NCBI RefSeq assembly: GCF_009914755.1
Contig: NC_060942.1
Length of the DNA stretch: 64,000 nt
Strand: one strand, 5' to 3'
DNA from: the human T2T-CHM13v2.0 reference genome, Homo sapiens
Shown one piece after another: positions 59,269 to 64,000 of this stretch. The translations under genes were made by a program, and so were the position numbers. Under the pieces are notes generated by a model. That model was given only the letters and a program-made list of their open reading frames with translations, made no database searches and had not been told where the DNA came from. How positions within the stretch are numbered: the stretch's first letter is position 1; the number at the start of each line of letters is the position of its first letter.

Positions 59269-61949
59269 GTGAGATTAGAATAGCAGAAGGAAGAGTAGGT
59301 TTTAAAGGAAAATTGAGTGTTTCTTTTTAAAACTTTTTATCTAAAATGCCTCCCAGATATCCAGTTGCAGACAGCTAACAATTACATATCTCAATGTATT
59401 AGACTAAAGTTCTAAACTGGATACAAATATATATATGAATTATTAAATGTATATGAAAATATAGAATGGGTGAAATAATCTAGGGAGTGAGTGTAGATGG
59501 GAAATATTTAGAAAAGGGTGTATCAAAGACCGAGAAAAACAACCAATACATTTGGAGAAATACTAGATGTATGTAGCTCTGAAATTTTGTATTTCTTGGT
59601 AAATTTCATGATGCGATGAAAATAGAGGAAGTCAAGCAGAAATCCAACTAGTTAATTAATTAATGTGACTAGTACATAACCATTTAAAGCTTACATATAT
59701 GTATATGATGTTTTGATGATGATGATCTGTAAAATAATAATTTATTAAAACATAAAGATATTATTTAGGACAGTTCAAACAGGTGACCAGTTTCAAACTT
59801 GGAACAGGATAATTCTCATCCTGTTCCTAAAAGCAGATAGTAAGCAAAAGTCACAGCTTATCTTTACGAGTAAATAAGTGTCCCCTTTGTGTGCACATGA
59901 TTTTTGTGTGTGGTATCAAGCTGTCACAGATGCGCAGGATATAGCATTTCAGGTGCCTCTGGAAACAGAAGCAGGCCTCAAGTGTCCACAGCTGACCTGA
60001 GTGTGGACGCTCAGGGCCTCAAGTGTCCACAGCTGACCCTGAAATTCTCCCTAGGTGCCTCTCTTGCCCCCTCCTGTCCTGTATCACTGTTTCGCCCTGA
60101 ACTTTAAACTTGGTGACAACTCCATACTTGAGTCCTAAGGAGATGCTGCTTTCCACTCCATAATCTTAAAGAGACTAAAAATATTTACTTAAAAACTTAG
60201 CTTAACCAAATAACTATGACTTTGGAAATAATTGTTTGGAAAGCTAAAGCAAAATATAGCTATCACACAGGTGCAGTGAGAATGTGGTAAGTTTTAGATG
60301 TCACAAGATGCTCAGTTAATTCTGGAACTTGTTTCCTGATCATTGCTTCCCAAGACCCTTTGTGGCCTGTCAAAGGGGCACGATTTTCATTCTACTTTCT
60401 GCTCTCTTCCCTTCTAGGGTCCTTCTAGCTTTGCTCTAGCTCTTGGTTCAGCAGAAGGAAAAAGAAGACACAGTATCCCCAAGTCCTCCCTGGACTTCTG
60501 GTCTTGTAGTGAGTTCTTGCCCCACCTCTCCAAAAAGGCCCTAGGATACCTGCTCTCATAAGGCCCACTTCCCACCTTGCTCCATCGCTCTGTGTGTCTC
60601 TGTGCTGTGGAGCTGTTCTATGCCACATTCACTACGTCTTCCTCAGGGAAGCAGGGCACCTTCATTTGTTGTGCTGAGCTCAGGCCTCAGAGGGCACAAG
60701 TGACCGCCGTATTGCTCAGTCTTCATCTTGAGCTCCTTGGCAGGTATCACGTCCTTTTCTCACCTGGAGGAAGAATCCCAGCCCTTCCCATTTCCAGGCT
60801 CTGAATTCTCTTTGGATGCTTCCAGGAAATTTGTTTTCTAGGCTAAAGAAAATCTCTAATTCTTGGTTTATTTGCAAAATAGAAATTATTGCTGAGTCAT
60901 ATGTCAAGAGCATGAATTCCTTTCCACAGAGTCCCTAAGACTCACTCCAATAATTAAGGAAATAATTCTCTAGAGTTTGACAATAGCAAAATGATTTAAA
61001 TGCACATTGAGTAGAATGTTGATATAATTTCTACCAAAAGCAGGGTGGTAAGTATTTTCCCACAGTTTCTACATACATTCTTGCCTTTAACAATGTAGTT
61101 TAACATCCTGACCCATACAATAATATAAATATGCTTTTGAAATTGAAACACGAATACCAGAATATATTCACTTACACTTCACATTCTTCCAAAAATAACT
61201 TGAGGAAGGATATCATAAATATTCCCAATTACCTTAATAGTTGGAAGCATAGAACATTTACAGAGAACTGAGAATTTAAAGTGAACTAAATATCTGAGTA
61301 AATTAGCTCAGAGAAGAGGCTCCAAGTGTTCAAATATTGATTTTCACTGCAAAGAAATACTGTTCCTTGCCTCACAAAATTAATGAAGCTCTGTGTTAAT
61401 TAATCACTACGCCTCTATAATAAGAGGCTGCCAATCAGCCTGTCAGATTGTTTACTGCTGAAATCCTAGCCTAACATTCATCTAATGATCTAAGTTAAAT
61501 TTAACCCATGTCTCAGGACCTCAAACATAATTTCAAATCACAACACTGATCATAGCTTTAGAATCCCATATGTGCATCTTTGCTTTTCCATTACAGTAGC
61601 CAAGACCCAGGATCATGTTGAGCCTCCTGGTCCAAGGCTGAAACTTAGCTGAACCTTCCTAAGCTATGAAAATCTAGCTAATATACAGAAAGTCTATGCA
61701 TATTTCTTTTCAGTCTCATAGAGTAATATGCTTGATAAAGAATTTCTTTTCTGCTATTAACTAGAAAATTACTAAACTATTTGATACATTTATAACTAAA
61801 TCTTTAAAATTTGGGACGAATATACCATCAACTAGAAATAAATTAGAAATAATGGTTTCACTTACAGTGCTGAGTTTATATTTTTATTCAAAACTTAAGA
61901 CTTTTGGCCTATTACCCTTTTGTGATTTTTCTTCTTTTTTACAGTGTTA

Positions 61950-64000
61950 CAGACATACCTTGGAGATATTGTGGGTTCAGTTCCAGATCACCACAATAAA
62001 GTGAGTATTGCAATAAAGCAAGTCACACAGATTTTTTGGTTTCCCAGTGCATATAAAAGTTATGTTTAAACTATACTGTAGTCTATTAAGTGTGTAATAA
62101 CAATGTACATATCTTCATTTAAAAATACTTTACGGCTAAATGTGCTATTGATAATCTTAGCCTTCAGAATCATAGTTTTTTTTGCTTGTGGCGGGTCTTG
62201 CCTCAATGTTGATGGCTGCTGCCTCATCAGGGTGGTGGTTGCTGAAGATTGGGATGGCTGTGACAAAATTTCTTAAAATGAGACAAAAATGAAGTATGCC
62301 ACATTGATTGACTCTTCCTTTTATGAGAGATTTCTCCGTAGGATGTGATGCTGTTTGATAGCATTTTATCCACAGTAGAAATTCTTTCAAAATTGAAGTC
62401 TATCCTACTGTTTTATCAAGTAAATTTATGTAATCTCCTAAATCCTCTGTTGCCACTTCAACAATGTTCACAGCATCTTCCCCAGCAGATTCAATCTCAA
62501 GGAACCACTTTCTTTGCTCATCCATAAGAAACAACTCCTCGTCCATTAAAGTTTTATCATGAGATTGCAGCAATTCAGTAACATCTTCACACTCCACTTC
62601 TAATTCTAGTTATCTTGCAATTTCTACAACATCTACAGTTACTTCCTCCACTGAAATCTTGAACCCTTCCAAGTCTTCCATAAGAGTTAGAATCAACTTG
62701 TAAATGTTGATATTTTGACCTCCTCCCATGAATCACAAATGTTCTTAAATGGCATCTAGAATGGTGACTCCTTTGCAACAGGTCTTCAACTGACTTTGCC
62801 CAGATCCATTAGAGGACTCACTGTCTATGGCAGCTATAGCCTTATGAAATATATTTCTTAAATAATAAGACTTGAAAGTCGAAATTACTCCTTGATCCAT
62901 GAGCTGCAGAATGGATGTTGCATTTGTATGCATGAAAATACATTAATCTTGTACATCTTTATCAGAGCTCTTGGGTGACTAGATACATTGTCAATAAGCA
63001 GTAATATTTTGAAAGGAATCTTTCTTTCTGAACAGTAGTTCTCAACAGTGGGCTTAAAATATTTAGTAAACCATGGTGTGAACATGTGTGCTGTGATCCA
63101 GGCTTTGTTGTTTCATTTATAGAGCACAGGAAAAGTAGATTTAGCGTAATTGTCAAGAGCCCTAGGATTTTCAGAATAGTAAATGAGCATCAGCGTCAAC
63201 TTAAAGTCACAAGTTGCTTTAGCCCCTAACAAGAGAGTCAGCCTGTCCTTTGAAGCTCTGAATCCAGGCATTGACTTGTCCTCTCTAGCTATGAAAGTCC
63301 TAGAGAGCATCTTCTTCCTACGTAAGGCTGTCTTGTCTACATTACATTGAAAATCTGTTGTTTCACGTAGCCACCTTCATCAGTCATCTTAGCTAGATCT
63401 TCTGGGTAACTTACGCAGCTTCTACATCAGCACTTGCTGTTTCACTCTGCACTTTTATGTTATAGAGATGACTTCTTTTCTTAAACCTCATACATCCAAA
63501 CTCTGCTAGCTTCAAACTTTTTTTGGGCACCTTCCTCACCTCTCTCAGCCTTCATAGAATTAAAGGTTAGGGCCTTGATCTGTATTAGGCTTTGGCTTAA
63601 GAGAATGTTGTGGCTGGTTTGAACTTCTATCCAGATCACTAAAACTCTTCATATCATCAATAAGGCTGTTTCACTTTCTTATCGTTCATGTGTTCACTAG
63701 AGTAGCACTTTAAATTTCCTTCAAGAACTTTTCTTTTGCATTCCTAATTCGGCTAACCATTGGTGCAAGAGGCTGAGCTTTCAGCCTATCTTGGCTATTG
63801 ACATGGCTTCCTCACTAAACTTTGGCTTTAAATGGGAGACCTGCAACTCTTCTTTTCACTTGCACACTTGAAGGCCATGGTAGGGTTATTAATTGGCCTA
63901 TTTTCAATATTGTTGTGTCTCAAAGAATAGAGAAGCTAGAACAGTCAAGACACACAACATTTATCACTTAAGGTCACTGTCTTCTATAGATGTGATTCAT
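61950..64000 (-). mobile_element. Tigger1 (pogo/TcMar) DNA transposon with decayed transposase; continues past the window end
   Basis: TA followed by TIR cagacataccttggagatattgtgggttcagttccagatcac. Frameshifted fragments [40 protein letters not shown] and [21 protein letters not shown] are Tigger/TIGD DDE-type motifs. Confidence 0.93.

Overview
This is primate, very probably human, genomic DNA: Alu, L1, L2, MIR, MaLR and Tigger repeats with CpG depletion. The left ~44.5 kb carries most of the CCDC68 gene on the minus strand. It has a CpG-island promoter and first exon near 44.4-44.7 kb, a probable 5'UTR exon (30470-30559), and eight coding exons with canonical GT-AG ends. These splice in frame to 291 aa (MTTVTVTTEIPPRDKMED...LREKVNILEAQ); the last exons lie left of position 1. 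The right ~19 kb is repeat-rich upstream sequence ending in a decayed Tigger1 transposon. Almost all ORF-track entries are Alu, LTR, LINE or microsatellite artefacts. I see no new protein-coding system. The most notable unexplained structures are: (1) a cluster of locally templated duplications in introns 1-4, including an ungapped 179-bp inverted repeat that interrupts an L2; (2) a MIR-derived 5'UTR exon carrying a uORF; (3) an exon 3-7 block flanked by inverted Alus that would be a stop-free, in-frame 612-nt circle if back-spliced. Repeat subfamily calls and exon numbering are by eye and from memory, not from a database search.
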